From Planctomycetaceae bacterium (lineage in GTDB: Bacteria > Planctomycetota > Phycisphaerae > Phycisphaerales > SM1A02), in assembly GCA_947492385.1 (NCBI GenBank), contig CANLMX010000007.1, positions 4,877 through 68,876 on the forward strand: a stretch of 64,000 nucleotides of DNA, in the 5' to 3' direction. Positions 56,015-64,000 of this stretch are shown piece after piece; positions within the stretch are counted from its first letter, which is position 1, and every line of letters starts with the position of its first letter. Position numbers and translations under genes: made by a program. The notes under the pieces are model-generated. The model searched no databases and was not told the DNA's origin. It was given only the letters and a program-made list of their open reading frames with translations.

Positions 56015-56278
56015 GTGTCCATGCTTCCGCATCCAAATCCAACCGCCGCACGCCCCTCGATCTCCTTTGAACCGCACCACGACGGCCGCATCGTCGTGCG
56101 ACCGTTCTCCGATCCTGCACACGCCATCGACGTGACGGAGTCGGTGATCCGTTGCATTGCGTCGGCCATCGAGGATGCCGTTGGAGGCAATCCCGTCCTC
56201 AACCGCCTTGAGGCCGAGCGCGCGGTGCATGCCATGACGCAACCACCGCAGCACGGCCTCGTGGAGGCCGGCCGATGA
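56015..56278 (+). CDS. small hypothetical protein, translationally coupled to the pcm fusion gene
   Basis: AAGGAG at 56005-56010, then GTG 56015 or ATG 56021. About 86 aa (MLPHPNPTAARPSISFEPHHDGRIVVRPF...). The stop overlaps the pcm ATG (ATGA at 56275-56278). Confidence 0.4.
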   Translation: MSMLPHPNPTAARPSISFEPHHDGRIVVRPFSDPAHAIDVTESVIRCIASAIEDAVGGNPVLNRLEAERAVHAMTQPPQHGLVEAGR

Positions 56279-58281
56279 GCGTCCACGCCGCCATCGCCAT
56301 GAGAAGGGGAATGGTACGTGCACAGATCGTCTCGCGCGGCGTGGTCGATCCACGCGTGATTGCCGCGATGGAGCTCGTTCCGCGCGAGGAGTTCGTTCCC
56401 GAGCAGCATCGGGCGTTGGCCTACGAGGACCTCCCGCTTCCCATCGAGGACGGCCAGACCATCTCGCAGCCCTACGTGGTCGCGCTCATGGCGGAAGCGG
56501 CATGCATCACCCCGGCCGACCGGGTCTTGGAGGTCGGCGCAGGATCCGGGTACGCAAGCGCCGTGCTGGCCTGCTTGGGCGCCGAGGTGGTGGCCATCGA
56601 GCGCCACCCCGCGCTTGCGGAGCTTGCCCGCTCCCGCCTCGAGCGACTTGGATTCCGCAAGGTCACCGTGTTGCAGGGTGACGGCTCGGTCGGCGTGCCG
56701 ACGCGCGCTCCGTTCGACGCAATCGTCGTCTCGGCGGGCGGCCCTGACGTGCCGCCGCACCTCGTCGAGCAACTGGCTCCCGGTGGCCGCTTGGTGATCC
56801 CGGTGGGCCGTCGCCCGCAGGAGCAGGAGCTCCTGCGCATCACGCGCCAGGCAGACGGCACGCTGCGACGCGAATCGCTCGGCGCGGTGCGGTTCGTGCC
56901 CCTTGTCGGCGCCGCAGGCTGGAGCTCGGGCCCACCGCGGCCAGCGACCAAGCGACGCCAGTCACGGGAGTCGACCGTGCGTGCGGAGATCGCCGCCGCG
57001 GCGATCGACGTGGCGTGCGAGCCGTTCGAATCGGTCGACTCCATCGATCTCAGGCCCATGATGTCACGCATCGGCAGTGCCCGCGTGGTCCTCATCGGCG
57101 AGTCGACGCACGGGACGAGCGAGTTCTACCGGCTCCGGGCCCGCATCACGCGCGAGCTCATCGAGCGCAAGGGATTCACCGTCGTCGCGCTCGAGGCCGA
57201 CTGGCCCGACGCCGCCATCGTGGACCGCCACGCGCGCGGCCTTGCATCGCCCGAAGAGCGCGCCCGCGCATTTCCACGATTCCCCTCGTGGATGTGGCGA
57301 AACCGCGAGACGGCCGAGTTCGTCGACTGGCTCCGCGCGCGCCATGGCGCACCGGGAATGTCCGCGACGCGTGTCCGTGGGCTCGACATCTACGCGATGC
57401 ACCGCTCGATCGAGGCCGTGCTCGCCTTCCTGGACGCCAATGATCCTGCGGCTGCCGCCCGCGCACGCCGCCGCTACGGCTGCCTCTCGCCGTGGTCCGA
57501 CGACCCGGCGCGCTACGGACGCGCCGTCGCCGCAGGTTCGCTCGACGGGTGCGAGCAACAGGTGGTTGAGGCACTCGAGGACCTGCTGCGCACCCGCCTG
57601 GACGGCGCGCGCACGCCGCACGACGACCTCTTTGACGCCCAGCGCAACGCGGCGCTCGTCTGCAGCGCGGAGCGCTACTACCGGGCGATGTACGTCGGTT
57701 CGCGCGAGTCGTGGAACCTGCGCGACTTGCACATGTTCGAGACGCTGCAGGCGGCCATCGACCACGCGGGCCCCGCAGCCCGGGCCGTGATCTGGGCGCA
57801 CAACTCGCACGTCGGCGACGCCGCCGCGACCGACATGGGGGCCCGCGGCGAGACGAGCCTCGGGTCCCTTGCACGGACCGCGTTCGGCGACGGCGCCTAC
57901 CTGATCGGCATGGGCACCGACCGCGGCACGGTCGCCGCGGCGTTGGAGTGGGACGGCCCGATGCAGGTGCGCGAACTCCGCAAGTCGCACCACGAGAGCT
58001 ACGAGCGCGCCTGCTCGCTTGCCCGCCCAGGCCCCTTCCTCCTGCCCATGCGAGGACTCGGCCGCGATCCCATCCGCGAGGCGCTCGCCCAGCCGATGCT
58101 CGAACGTGCCGTGGGCGTCGTCTACCGATCCGACACCGAGCTCGCGAGCCACTACTTCTCGGCATCGCTTCCGGCGCAGTTCGACGAGTGGGCGTGGTTT
58201 CCCGAGACCCATGCGGTGGACGCCCTTCCGTGCGGCGCGACCGACGACCCCGAGCCGGGGACGTACCCATTCGGTCTTTGA
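56275..58281 (+). CDS. pcm: protein-L-isoaspartate O-methyltransferase fused to an erythromycin-esterase-family domain
   Basis: 668 aa. The N-terminal roughly 210 aa are Pcm (PLPIEDGQTISQPYVVALMAEAA...VLEVGAGSGYASAVLA...LAPGGRLVIPVG). The C-terminal roughly 420 aa carry Ere-family motifs (VVLIGESTHGTSEFYRLRARITRELIERKGFTVVALEADWPDA..., WMWRNRETAEFVDWLR, IWAHNSHVGD). Confidence 0.75.
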   Translation: MSVHAAIAMRRGMVRAQIVSRGVVDPRVIAAMELVPREEFVPEQHRALAYEDLPLPIEDGQTISQPYVVALMAEAACITPADRVLEVGAGSGYASAVLACLGAEVVAIERHPALAELARSRLERLGFRKVTVLQGDGSVGVPTRAPFDAIVVSAGGPDVPPHLVEQLAPGGRLVIPVGRRPQEQELLRITRQADGTLRRESLGAVRFVPLVGAAGWSSGPPRPATKRRQSRESTVRAEIAAAAIDVACEPFESVDSIDLRPMMSRIGSARVVLIGESTHGTSEFYRLRARITRELIERKGFTVVALEADWPDAAIVDRHARGLASPEERARAFPRFPSWMWRNRETAEFVDWLRARHGAPGMSATRVRGLDIYAMHRSIEAVLAFLDANDPAAAARARRRYGCLSPWSDDPARYGRAVAAGSLDGCEQQVVEALEDLLRTRLDGARTPHDDLFDAQRNAALVCSAERYYRAMYVGSRESWNLRDLHMFETLQAAIDHAGPAARAVIWAHNSHVGDAAATDMGARGETSLGSLARTAFGDGAYLIGMGTDRGTVAAALEWDGPMQVRELRKSHHESYERACSLARPGPFLLPMRGLGRDPIREALAQPMLERAVGVVYRSDTELASHYFSASLPAQFDEWAWFPETHAVDALPCGATDDPEPGTYPFGL

Positions 58282-58423
58282 TCGGTTGAACGCGGAAACA
58301 TCCCGCGCGCCACCCGCTTCAAACCACGCCACGCGTTCCATAGGGTGTGATGGTGCCCGATGATTCGGCCCGAAGTCCGGGCCGACGGCACCAACGACGC
58401 GCCGCGCGCCACACGGAGGAGCC

Positions 58424-59110
58424 ATGCCGATCACTGCCACGCCGATGGTCAAGTCCGACGTCCGCATCCGGGCCGACGTCATCTCGGAGATCGAGTGGGA
58501 TCCGTACATCCGCGACATCCCGGTGAAGGTGTCGGCCGAGTCCGGCGTCGTCACCGTGACCGGCCAGGCGCCGTCGCTTGCCTCGCGCATCAGCCTGGTC
58601 GATGCCGTCCACCGCGTGCAGGGCGTGCTCGACGTCGTCGACGAGATGACGGTCGCGCCCACCGCACAGACGATGCGCAGCGACGCGGACATCGCGCGTG
58701 CCGTGCGCGACAGCCTGCAGTGGGACTCCTACCTGCCGGACGACCGCATCGCGTGCACCGTGTCCGGGGGCATCGTGACGCTCCGGGGCACCGTGGACAC
58801 CTGGGCCCACCGGGGCGACGCCGAGCGCGCTGTCGCTCGCATCGCCGGCGTCCGGCAGGTGGTGAACCGCATGACCGTCGAGACGCGGCCCATCGACCCG
58901 TCCGCGATCCGACTGCAGATCGAGCGCGCACTCGAGCGGCGGGCCGAGCGCGAGGCACGGAAGATCACCGTGGCCGTCAAGGATGGCGTGGTGACGCTCA
59001 GCGGCACCGTCCAGAGCTGGGCCGACCGAAACGCCGTCGAGCGCGTCGCAGGCTCCGCCGCGGGCGTCACGGGCATCGACGACCGCCTGGTGGTCGATCC
59101 GTACTCCTGA
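58424..59110 (+). CDS. BON-domain protein (three BON repeats, OsmY-like)
   Basis: 228 aa. Three repeats of the pattern D..I...V...L.WD.......I.V.V..G.VTL.G.V (for example VKVSAESGVVTVTGQAPS, ACTVSGGIVTLRGTVDT, TVAVKDGVVTLSGTVQS). Confidence 0.8.
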   Translation: MPITATPMVKSDVRIRADVISEIEWDPYIRDIPVKVSAESGVVTVTGQAPSLASRISLVDAVHRVQGVLDVVDEMTVAPTAQTMRSDADIARAVRDSLQWDSYLPDDRIACTVSGGIVTLRGTVDTWAHRGDAERAVARIAGVRQVVNRMTVETRPIDPSAIRLQIERALERRAEREARKITVAVKDGVVTLSGTVQSWADRNAVERVAGSAAGVTGIDDRLVVDPYS

Positions 59111-59168
59111 ACCACGGATCGAAACCGCACCGGAAGCAACGCACCGAACCCCCGACGAAAGGAACGCC

Positions 59169-59654
59169 ATGACACTCACGATCTCGCGCCGCACGGCGCC
59201 CACCGATTCGCAGCTCAGCCGTTTCCGCGAGGAGATGGAACGGACCATCGAGACCATGCTCACCGAACCAATCATCGAGCCAAAGCTGTTCCGCATCGAG
59301 GGCTGGGCGCCGCTGGTTGATGTCAGCGAGTCCGACGCCGAGTTCATCGTGCGAGCCGAGATGCCGGGCCTTGCCGAAGCCGAGATCGAGCTCTCGATGG
59401 TCGGGAACGCCCTGCTCATCGCGGGCGAGAAACGCGCCGAGGAGGAAACGTCGGGCGAGGACTGGTACCGGTGCGAGCGCCGGTTCGGCTCGTTCCGGCG
59501 CATCGTCGACCTTCCGCAGACGGTCGACCCGGACCGCGCGTCCGCCGAGATGAGCGACGGGATGCTGACCGTCCGGGTGCCCAAGCGGCCGGAGATCCGA
59601 CCCAGGAACATCCCGATCTCGCCGGCCGGCAATGCCGGACCGTCGAAGCGCTGA
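59169..59654 (+). CDS. Hsp20/alpha-crystallin small heat-shock protein
   Basis: 161 aa. WAPLVDVSESDAEFIVRAEMPGLAEAEIELSMVGNALLIAGEKR...ERRFGSFRRIVDLPQTVDPDRASAEMSDGMLTVRVPK. Confidence 0.9.
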   Translation: MTLTISRRTAPTDSQLSRFREEMERTIETMLTEPIIEPKLFRIEGWAPLVDVSESDAEFIVRAEMPGLAEAEIELSMVGNALLIAGEKRAEEETSGEDWYRCERRFGSFRRIVDLPQTVDPDRASAEMSDGMLTVRVPKRPEIRPRNIPISPAGNAGPSKR

Positions 59655-59679
59655 GCGCCGAAGTGCGCCAGGCCAGCCA

Positions 59680-59712
59680 GGGGCGGCCGCCGAGGATGCC
59701 GGCGGCCGCCCC
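59680..59712. terminator. bidirectional GC-rich hairpin between the convergent hsp20 and LPMO genes
   Basis: GGGGCGGCCGCCG (59680-59692) and CGGCGGCCGCCCC (59700-59712) form a perfect 13-bp stem around the loop AGGATGC. Confidence 0.55.
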
Positions 59713-59725
59713 GGGGAGATCGCCG

Positions 59726-60904
59726 TCACTTGCATGCGCCCCACGCTGCGAGCAGCACCGCAAGATCAAGCCCGTCGGTCGTGCCGTCGGCATTCATGTC
59801 GAACTCCGAGGTGCGGCCCCAGGCGGCAAGCAGCATTCCCAGGTCCGCCGCATCGACCGATCGGTCGCCGTTGCCGTCTCCCGCGCACGGTGGCAGGCCG
59901 CCCGGGACCGTCCCCCAGGCGACGAGGCTCGTGGGTAGCAGCCCCGGCACGGGCACCGTCGCGACGCAGCCGACCTCGACGCTGGCACCGGGCGCGATGG
60001 TCTCGTTCCATCCGACGTTGACCACGGAGTATCGGGTTCCGTCCCGAGTGAACGACCCGCCCCACAGGCTGTTGACGTCGGCACTCCAGTCGAAGCCGAG
60101 CCTCCAGCCGCGGACCTCGTACGGAGTCCCGTTGGTGAGCGTGATGCTCGCCTGCCCGCCGCCGGCCCATTGGTTGGTCCACGCGAACGATGCCGTGAGC
60201 GGCGCCTCGCGAAGGTCCGGCCCGTCGTCGCCGTCACCATAGTCCACGCCCCCGAAGTCGACGTCGCTCGCCGAGAAGAAGACTTCCGCGGCCGGATCGA
60301 CGCGCTGCCACGCCACGAACAGCACGTGGCGCCCGATCCGCTCTGGAATCTGCAGCGTCATGTAGTAACTCAGGCCGGCACCCGACGTCCCGCAATGGCA
60401 GTCGCCGCTCCCCTTTCCGCATGAACCCCTCAGTTCGGCCGTCTCGCCGCCGGGGATCTCGACCAGGTCGTCCCACTTCAGCGGCTGTCGCGGGTCGTAC
60501 CCAGCCCGCGTGATGAAGGCCCGGAAGAAGCTCGGGTCGTGCGGCGTGGCCGCAAAGAAGCGGCACATGCGCGGACCCGCAGTGACGGGGGTGGCGAACC
60601 AGTCGGTGCGCGCCAGGTTGAGACCGGCGTACTTCTCGCGCCCTGCGCCCGCGAGCTGGCCATCCGGGATGGCCGCCCGATAGTCGTAACCGGGGATGTT
60701 GCGGGAGACCTCGTGCCAGTCGTAGAACGCCTGCGTTCCCGACACGGCGATCGCGGCCCGGGCTGCGTCGGATTGCGGTGTCATGGGCCCGTCGAGGAAG
60801 ATCTTGTAGACCCTGCTCGGTGGGTCGGCCATCGATCCGTGGCCCAGGACTGCGGAACCGAGGCAGAGCGCGGCTGCGGCGGCAACGGCGATGGCATGTC
60901 GCAT
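59726..60904 (-). CDS. AA10-type lytic polysaccharide monooxygenase, CBM2-like binding module and dockerin-like tail ending WGAC
   Basis: In-frame ATG at 60904, preceded by AAGGAG. Signal peptide MRHAIAVAAAAALCLGSAVLG is followed directly by HGSMADPPSRVY (mature N-terminal His). CBM2-like SFAWTNQWAGGGQASITLTNGTPYEVRGWRLGFDW...VGWNETIAPGASVEVG. Tail PPCAGDGNGDRSVDAADLGMLLAAWG...NADGTTDGLDLAVLLAAWGACK. Confidence 0.75.
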   Translation of the reverse strand: MRHAIAVAAAAALCLGSAVLGHGSMADPPSRVYKIFLDGPMTPQSDAARAAIAVSGTQAFYDWHEVSRNIPGYDYRAAIPDGQLAGAGREKYAGLNLARTDWFATPVTAGPRMCRFFAATPHDPSFFRAFITRAGYDPRQPLKWDDLVEIPGGETAELRGSCGKGSGDCHCGTSGAGLSYYMTLQIPERIGRHVLFVAWQRVDPAAEVFFSASDVDFGGVDYGDGDDGPDLREAPLTASFAWTNQWAGGGQASITLTNGTPYEVRGWRLGFDWSADVNSLWGGSFTRDGTRYSVVNVGWNETIAPGASVEVGCVATVPVPGLLPTSLVAWGTVPGGLPPCAGDGNGDRSVDAADLGMLLAAWGRTSEFDMNADGTTDGLDLAVLLAAWGACK

Positions 60905-61029
60905 CGGTGACTCCTTGTCGAACGGAGGTCCACGCTCCTCCACCCCACTACGCACCCAAGCGGACGAGGGTCAGCGGAATCCGCCGAAGATTCCCCGATT
61001 GTGCGGCCCGACGGCCCGAGAACGGCACC

Positions 61030-62784
61030 TCAGGCGCGCGGGACGCGGCACCGCTCGCGCCAGCAGTCCCGCAACGCCGCGTGGAATCGTGCGCCATACA
61101 CGGCCGCATCCATGAGCGCCGAGCGTTCCATCGCGGGTCGCATGCCCACCCGAATCGCCGCAAGCGCCTCACGACTTCCCGCAAGCCGCGCCGCCGTCGC
61201 GACGAACCCGTCCGCATCCGCCGCCGCCCACTCGGGACGCCCCGCCGCCGTGACCAGGCTCGCCGACACGCGCGATGCGTGCCGGTCGCCGAGCATGCAG
61301 ACGACGGGAACTCCCATCCACATTGCCTCGCAGGTGGTGGTCGTGCCGTTGTAGGGGACCGTGTCCAGCGCCACGTGCACGCGCGAATACAACGCAAGAT
61401 GCTCTGCACGCGACGCGGTACGGGCGACCAGTTCCAGCCGTCCCGATGCGATTCCCGCTGCCTCCATGCGTGCGACGACCGTCGCACGCACCGCGGCGTC
61501 GGCGAGCGATGCCGACTTGAGGAGCAATCGCGATCCCGGCACGGCCGCGAGCACGCGCCCCCAGAGCGCAGCGCACTCGTCGCCGACCTTCGCCGCGTTG
61601 TTGAAGGAAGCGAACGTGACCGGCGCGTCCGGCGCCGGCATGGCGGGCTCGGGGGCGTCCAGCGGCGCGCGGTAGCAGAGGAAGCACGGATCGATGCGCA
61701 CCAGGCGCTCGGTGCAATGCGCATCCGACCCGGACGGGTCGGTCACCGAGTCCACGATCCTCCAGCCGACCGCCGGCAGGCCAGTCGTGTTGGGATATCC
61801 GATCGCCGTGACGATCACGGGCGCGGGTGCCGACCGCAGCGCCGCAAGGCGCGAGCCCGAGGTGTGCCCGGAGAGCTCGAGCAATACGTCGATCTCCCGG
61901 GCCCGGATCGCCTCGTCGAGGCCGTCGTCGGTGAGCCTCCACGCATCCACCCACTCGCCGAAGCGTCCACGGAGCCGGGCCGCGGCCGCGTCGCCCTCGG
62001 GCGCCACCATCGTCGAGAAGGCCGTGCAGGTCGATCCTTCCGGGACCGCGTCGAGCACCGCGTCGACGAAGAACGCCACCGAGTGGTCCTTCAGGTCCCC
62101 CGAAAGCACCCCGATCCGTAGCGGACGGTCCGGGTCGGGAGTGGTCGACGCGGCCGCCCGCGCGGGCGGGCACGCGGCGCCGAAGGCGCGATGCTCCCGG
62201 GCCAGTGCCTCGGCAGGCATCGACGCGTAGTTCATGAAGAGCAGCATCTGGGACCGCAGCCGCGGATCGTCGGGCTGCAGCCGGACGGCCTCTCGCGCGG
62301 CCTCGACGGCATCCGCCATCGATCCCGCGTGCTTCAGTGCGCTCGCAAGCGCATTGTGCGCCGCCGGCGAACCGGGATCAAGCTCGATGCCGCGACGGCC
62401 GGCCGTCACGCCGTCTGCGGCACGCTCGATGCGGGGAAGCGTGCCCGCAAGCGAGATCCATGCGAGCGGGTTGCGCGGATCGACGGACGTCGCCCGTTCC
62501 CATGCCGCCACGGCGTCGTGCAGGCGGTTCATGAACGAGAGCGTGACGCCGAGGTTGTTGAGGAAGGAGCCGTTCGCCGGCTGCAGCGCCACCGCACGTT
62601 CCAGGGACCGCAGCGACTCGTCGAGGCGACCGGTGCCCCAAAGGAGAACCGCCATCAGGTTCATGAGGTCGGGGTCGCGCGGCCGCAGCCGCTGCTGCAC
62701 GCGCACCATGGCGATCGCGTCCTCGGCCTTCCCGGCCGCCTGCATCGCCATCGCACGGTCCCAGACCGCGGGATCCATGTGCAT
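61030..62784 (-). CDS. TPR-repeat protein fused to a GT41 (SPINDLY/O-GlcNAc-transferase-like) glycosyltransferase domain
   Basis: 584 aa. N-terminal TPRs (AVALQPANGSFLNNLGVTL..., SVDPRNPLAWISLAG...). C-terminal motifs RIGVLSGDLKDHSVAFF, VTFASFNNAAKV, LDTVPYNGTTTTCEAMWMGVPVV. Confidence 0.75.
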   Translation of the reverse strand: MHMDPAVWDRAMAMQAAGKAEDAIAMVRVQQRLRPRDPDLMNLMAVLLWGTGRLDESLRSLERAVALQPANGSFLNNLGVTLSFMNRLHDAVAAWERATSVDPRNPLAWISLAGTLPRIERAADGVTAGRRGIELDPGSPAAHNALASALKHAGSMADAVEAAREAVRLQPDDPRLRSQMLLFMNYASMPAEALAREHRAFGAACPPARAAASTTPDPDRPLRIGVLSGDLKDHSVAFFVDAVLDAVPEGSTCTAFSTMVAPEGDAAAARLRGRFGEWVDAWRLTDDGLDEAIRAREIDVLLELSGHTSGSRLAALRSAPAPVIVTAIGYPNTTGLPAVGWRIVDSVTDPSGSDAHCTERLVRIDPCFLCYRAPLDAPEPAMPAPDAPVTFASFNNAAKVGDECAALWGRVLAAVPGSRLLLKSASLADAAVRATVVARMEAAGIASGRLELVARTASRAEHLALYSRVHVALDTVPYNGTTTTCEAMWMGVPVVCMLGDRHASRVSASLVTAAGRPEWAAADADGFVATAARLAGSREALAAIRVGMRPAMERSALMDAAVYGARFHAALRDCWRERCRVPRA

Positions 62785-62803
62785 CAGCCTCGGGCCGGCG
62801 CGC

Positions 62804-63637
62804 TCATCGCCGCACCGCCACCACTTCGAGCACGGTCGGCGCCACCAGCATGGACTCCGCGCGCGCGACCGCCCGCTCGAGCTCCTCGTTCAACGCGCGC
62901 ACCCACGATTCGTCGACGCGCCCGAGCTCGAGCAGGCGCCTTGAATACGTCCGGATGAACCCCGCAGGCCAGTTCCACAGCAGGTCGGAGGGCCGCGCCA
63001 CGCGCGCGATGGGACGCAACGAGGAAACCTCCATTCCGGATTCCGCGAGGAGCGCGGGAAGGCGCCTACCCACGTCCGCATCCCCGCCCTCGGCCGCATA
63101 GCTCGCCATCGCATGCTCCACGAACTCGCGCACGCGCCCGCCGTGGGGATGCAGTCCGTACGTCCCGTAGTGCACGTACTCATGGAACACCACGCACCCG
63201 CCGGGATGCAGCGCGTCGTGCACCGCGCGCACCAGCCTCGACGGGTCGCGCACGAACATGGCCACCCAGCGGCACCACACTGCGTCGAATGCCCCGTGCA
63301 ACGGCTTCGGGAGCGGTCCAGACATCAGGTCGAACTCGTGCACCTCCACGTCGGGACGCGCATGCGAAGCGGCACGCGCGCGCGCCTGCGCCGCGAACTC
63401 GGGCGAGAGCTCGATCCCGGTGACGCCGCCCGTCGGGCCGACCAGGGCAAGCAGCGCCTCCATCGCGTGGCCGGGCCCGCAGCCCATGTCGAGCACGCGC
63501 GACCCGCGCCCGATTCCGGCTGCGCGCCAGCCTTGCCGGGCCTCATCAACCCACAGCGAATGCTGCAGGGCCAGCCGGTCACGTTCGGCGCCGTGCGTGC
63601 CGAGGACGTACTCGTGTCCGGGCCGGGGCGCGCCCAT
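62804..63637 (-). CDS. class I SAM-dependent methyltransferase
   Basis: In-frame ATG at 63637, 277 aa. Motif I is SRVLDMGCGPGHAMEAL. The post-I acidic residue is in GIELSPEF. Confidence 0.75.
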   Translation of the reverse strand: MGAPRPGHEYVLGTHGAERDRLALQHSLWVDEARQGWRAAGIGRGSRVLDMGCGPGHAMEALLALVGPTGGVTGIELSPEFAAQARARAASHARPDVEVHEFDLMSGPLPKPLHGAFDAVWCRWVAMFVRDPSRLVRAVHDALHPGGCVVFHEYVHYGTYGLHPHGGRVREFVEHAMASYAAEGGDADVGRRLPALLAESGMEVSSLRPIARVARPSDLLWNWPAGFIRTYSRRLLELGRVDESWVRALNEELERAVARAESMLVAPTVLEVVAVRR

Positions 63638-63639
63638 GG

Positions 63640-64000
63640 TCACTGCGCCATCAGGAGCACCGCTCCCACGCAGAGGATGAAGTACGGCACCAGCACCGCG
63701 GCACCCACGTAGTCCTTCGCCACGCGCTGGCCGAAGAAGAGCATGGTCACGGTGGCCGCGGCGGCCTGCGAACCCCAGAGCGCAAGCTGCGTCGAGCCCG
63801 ACGCCGCCACCTGCAGCGCACCCAGCGCGCACACTGCGCCAGCCGTCACCTCAAGCACCGTCACCGTGACCAGCATCGCCTTCACCTGGCCGCGCAGCGG
63901 CGTCTTCGCGAAGTGCCCCTGCAGCCATGACAGGTTGCCGCCGAAGTCCAGCACCTTGTCGATGCCGGACTGCAGGAACAGCACCGCGATGAACGCGGCC
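63640..64000 (-). CDS. DoxX-like membrane protein, C-terminal part (gene continues off the window)
   Basis: The reading frame is open to the window edge. Hydrophobic sequence FLQSGIDKVLDFGGNLSWLQGHFAKTPL...MLVTVTVLEVTAGAVCALGAL...VLVPYFILCVGAVLLMAQ. The stop is 2 nt before the methyltransferase start. Confidence 0.5.
   Translation of the reverse strand, partial: AAFIAVLFLQSGIDKVLDFGGNLSWLQGHFAKTPLRGQVKAMLVTVTVLEVTAGAVCALGALQVAASGSTQLALWGSQAAAATVTMLFFGQRVAKDYVGAAVLVPYFILCVGAVLLMAQ

Noticed and set aside
58291-58320. An ECF/general-stress-type promoter (GGAAAC-N15-CGCTT) in front of the BON-domain gene.
   Set aside because: The spacing and the -10 element do not match the GGAAC-N16/17-CGTT consensus. 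The GGAAAC lies in the loop of a small hairpin (CGCGG-AAACATC-CCGCG, 58291-58307) just after the pcm stop, which is more simply a terminator-like structure.

Overview
This is a high-GC (roughly 70% by eye) chromosomal segment, densely coding on both strands. I support about 57 protein genes, one tRNA and one candidate small RNA. I saw no rRNA, CRISPR array, transposase, integrase or phage genes. The gene content suggests a Planctomycetota (Phycisphaerae-like) organism, though this is inference: dockerin-like tails ending in WGAC, a Tat-signal Gfo/Idh/MocA oxidoreductase, an LpxC-FabZ fusion, a PEP-CTERM-like tail and several ExbB/ExbD sets.

Main blocks:
- 1-1275: tRNA-Leu and corA.
- 1342-7266: a translationally coupled DoxX / TonB-topology protein / ExbB / ExbD / ExbD / helical-repeat operon.
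- 7273-9244: a UVR-domain protein divergent from a sigma-70 factor.
- 9258-18440: gcvT, then the conserved outer-membrane/lipid A cluster bamA-skp-skp-lpxD-lpxC::fabZ-lpxA plus one unknown gene.
- 18474-25126: housekeeping peptidases and ettA.
- 25331-27655: a secreted S1 protease with a dockerin tail.
- 27746-29336: a second ExbB-ExbD-ExbD set.
- 29343-39737: AMP nucleosidase-like, Kef-type antiporter, an ABC ATPase, monomeric icd, cyclophilin, an oxidoreductase and a SulP::carbonic anhydrase fusion.
- 39748-41135: OsmC plus a lipoprotein that fuses a CX5R phosphatase to a C-terminal CxxCH domain.
- 41170-51626: an eight-gene overlap-coupled TlpA-MoxR-DUF58-VWA-VWA (Bat-like) operon ending in a 1296-aa protein.
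- 53027-59654: a stress/repair island (LuxR-type response regulator, GAF-PAS kinase, small ORF, Pcm::erythromycin-esterase fusion, BON protein, Hsp20).
- 59726-64000: an AA10 LPMO-CBM2-dockerin protein, a TPR-GT41 glycosyltransferase, a methyltransferase and a partial DoxX-like gene.

The most unusual signal is non-coding. At about 32.8-33.09 kb there is a lower-GC, GGA-rich region ending in a clean intrinsic terminator. It carries three hairpins with covarying stems and an identical ACGGGAA(A)C loop.

The many very long ORFs antisense to real genes are high-GC artefacts and are not called. All functional calls come from reading motifs in the supplied translations; no database search was run.
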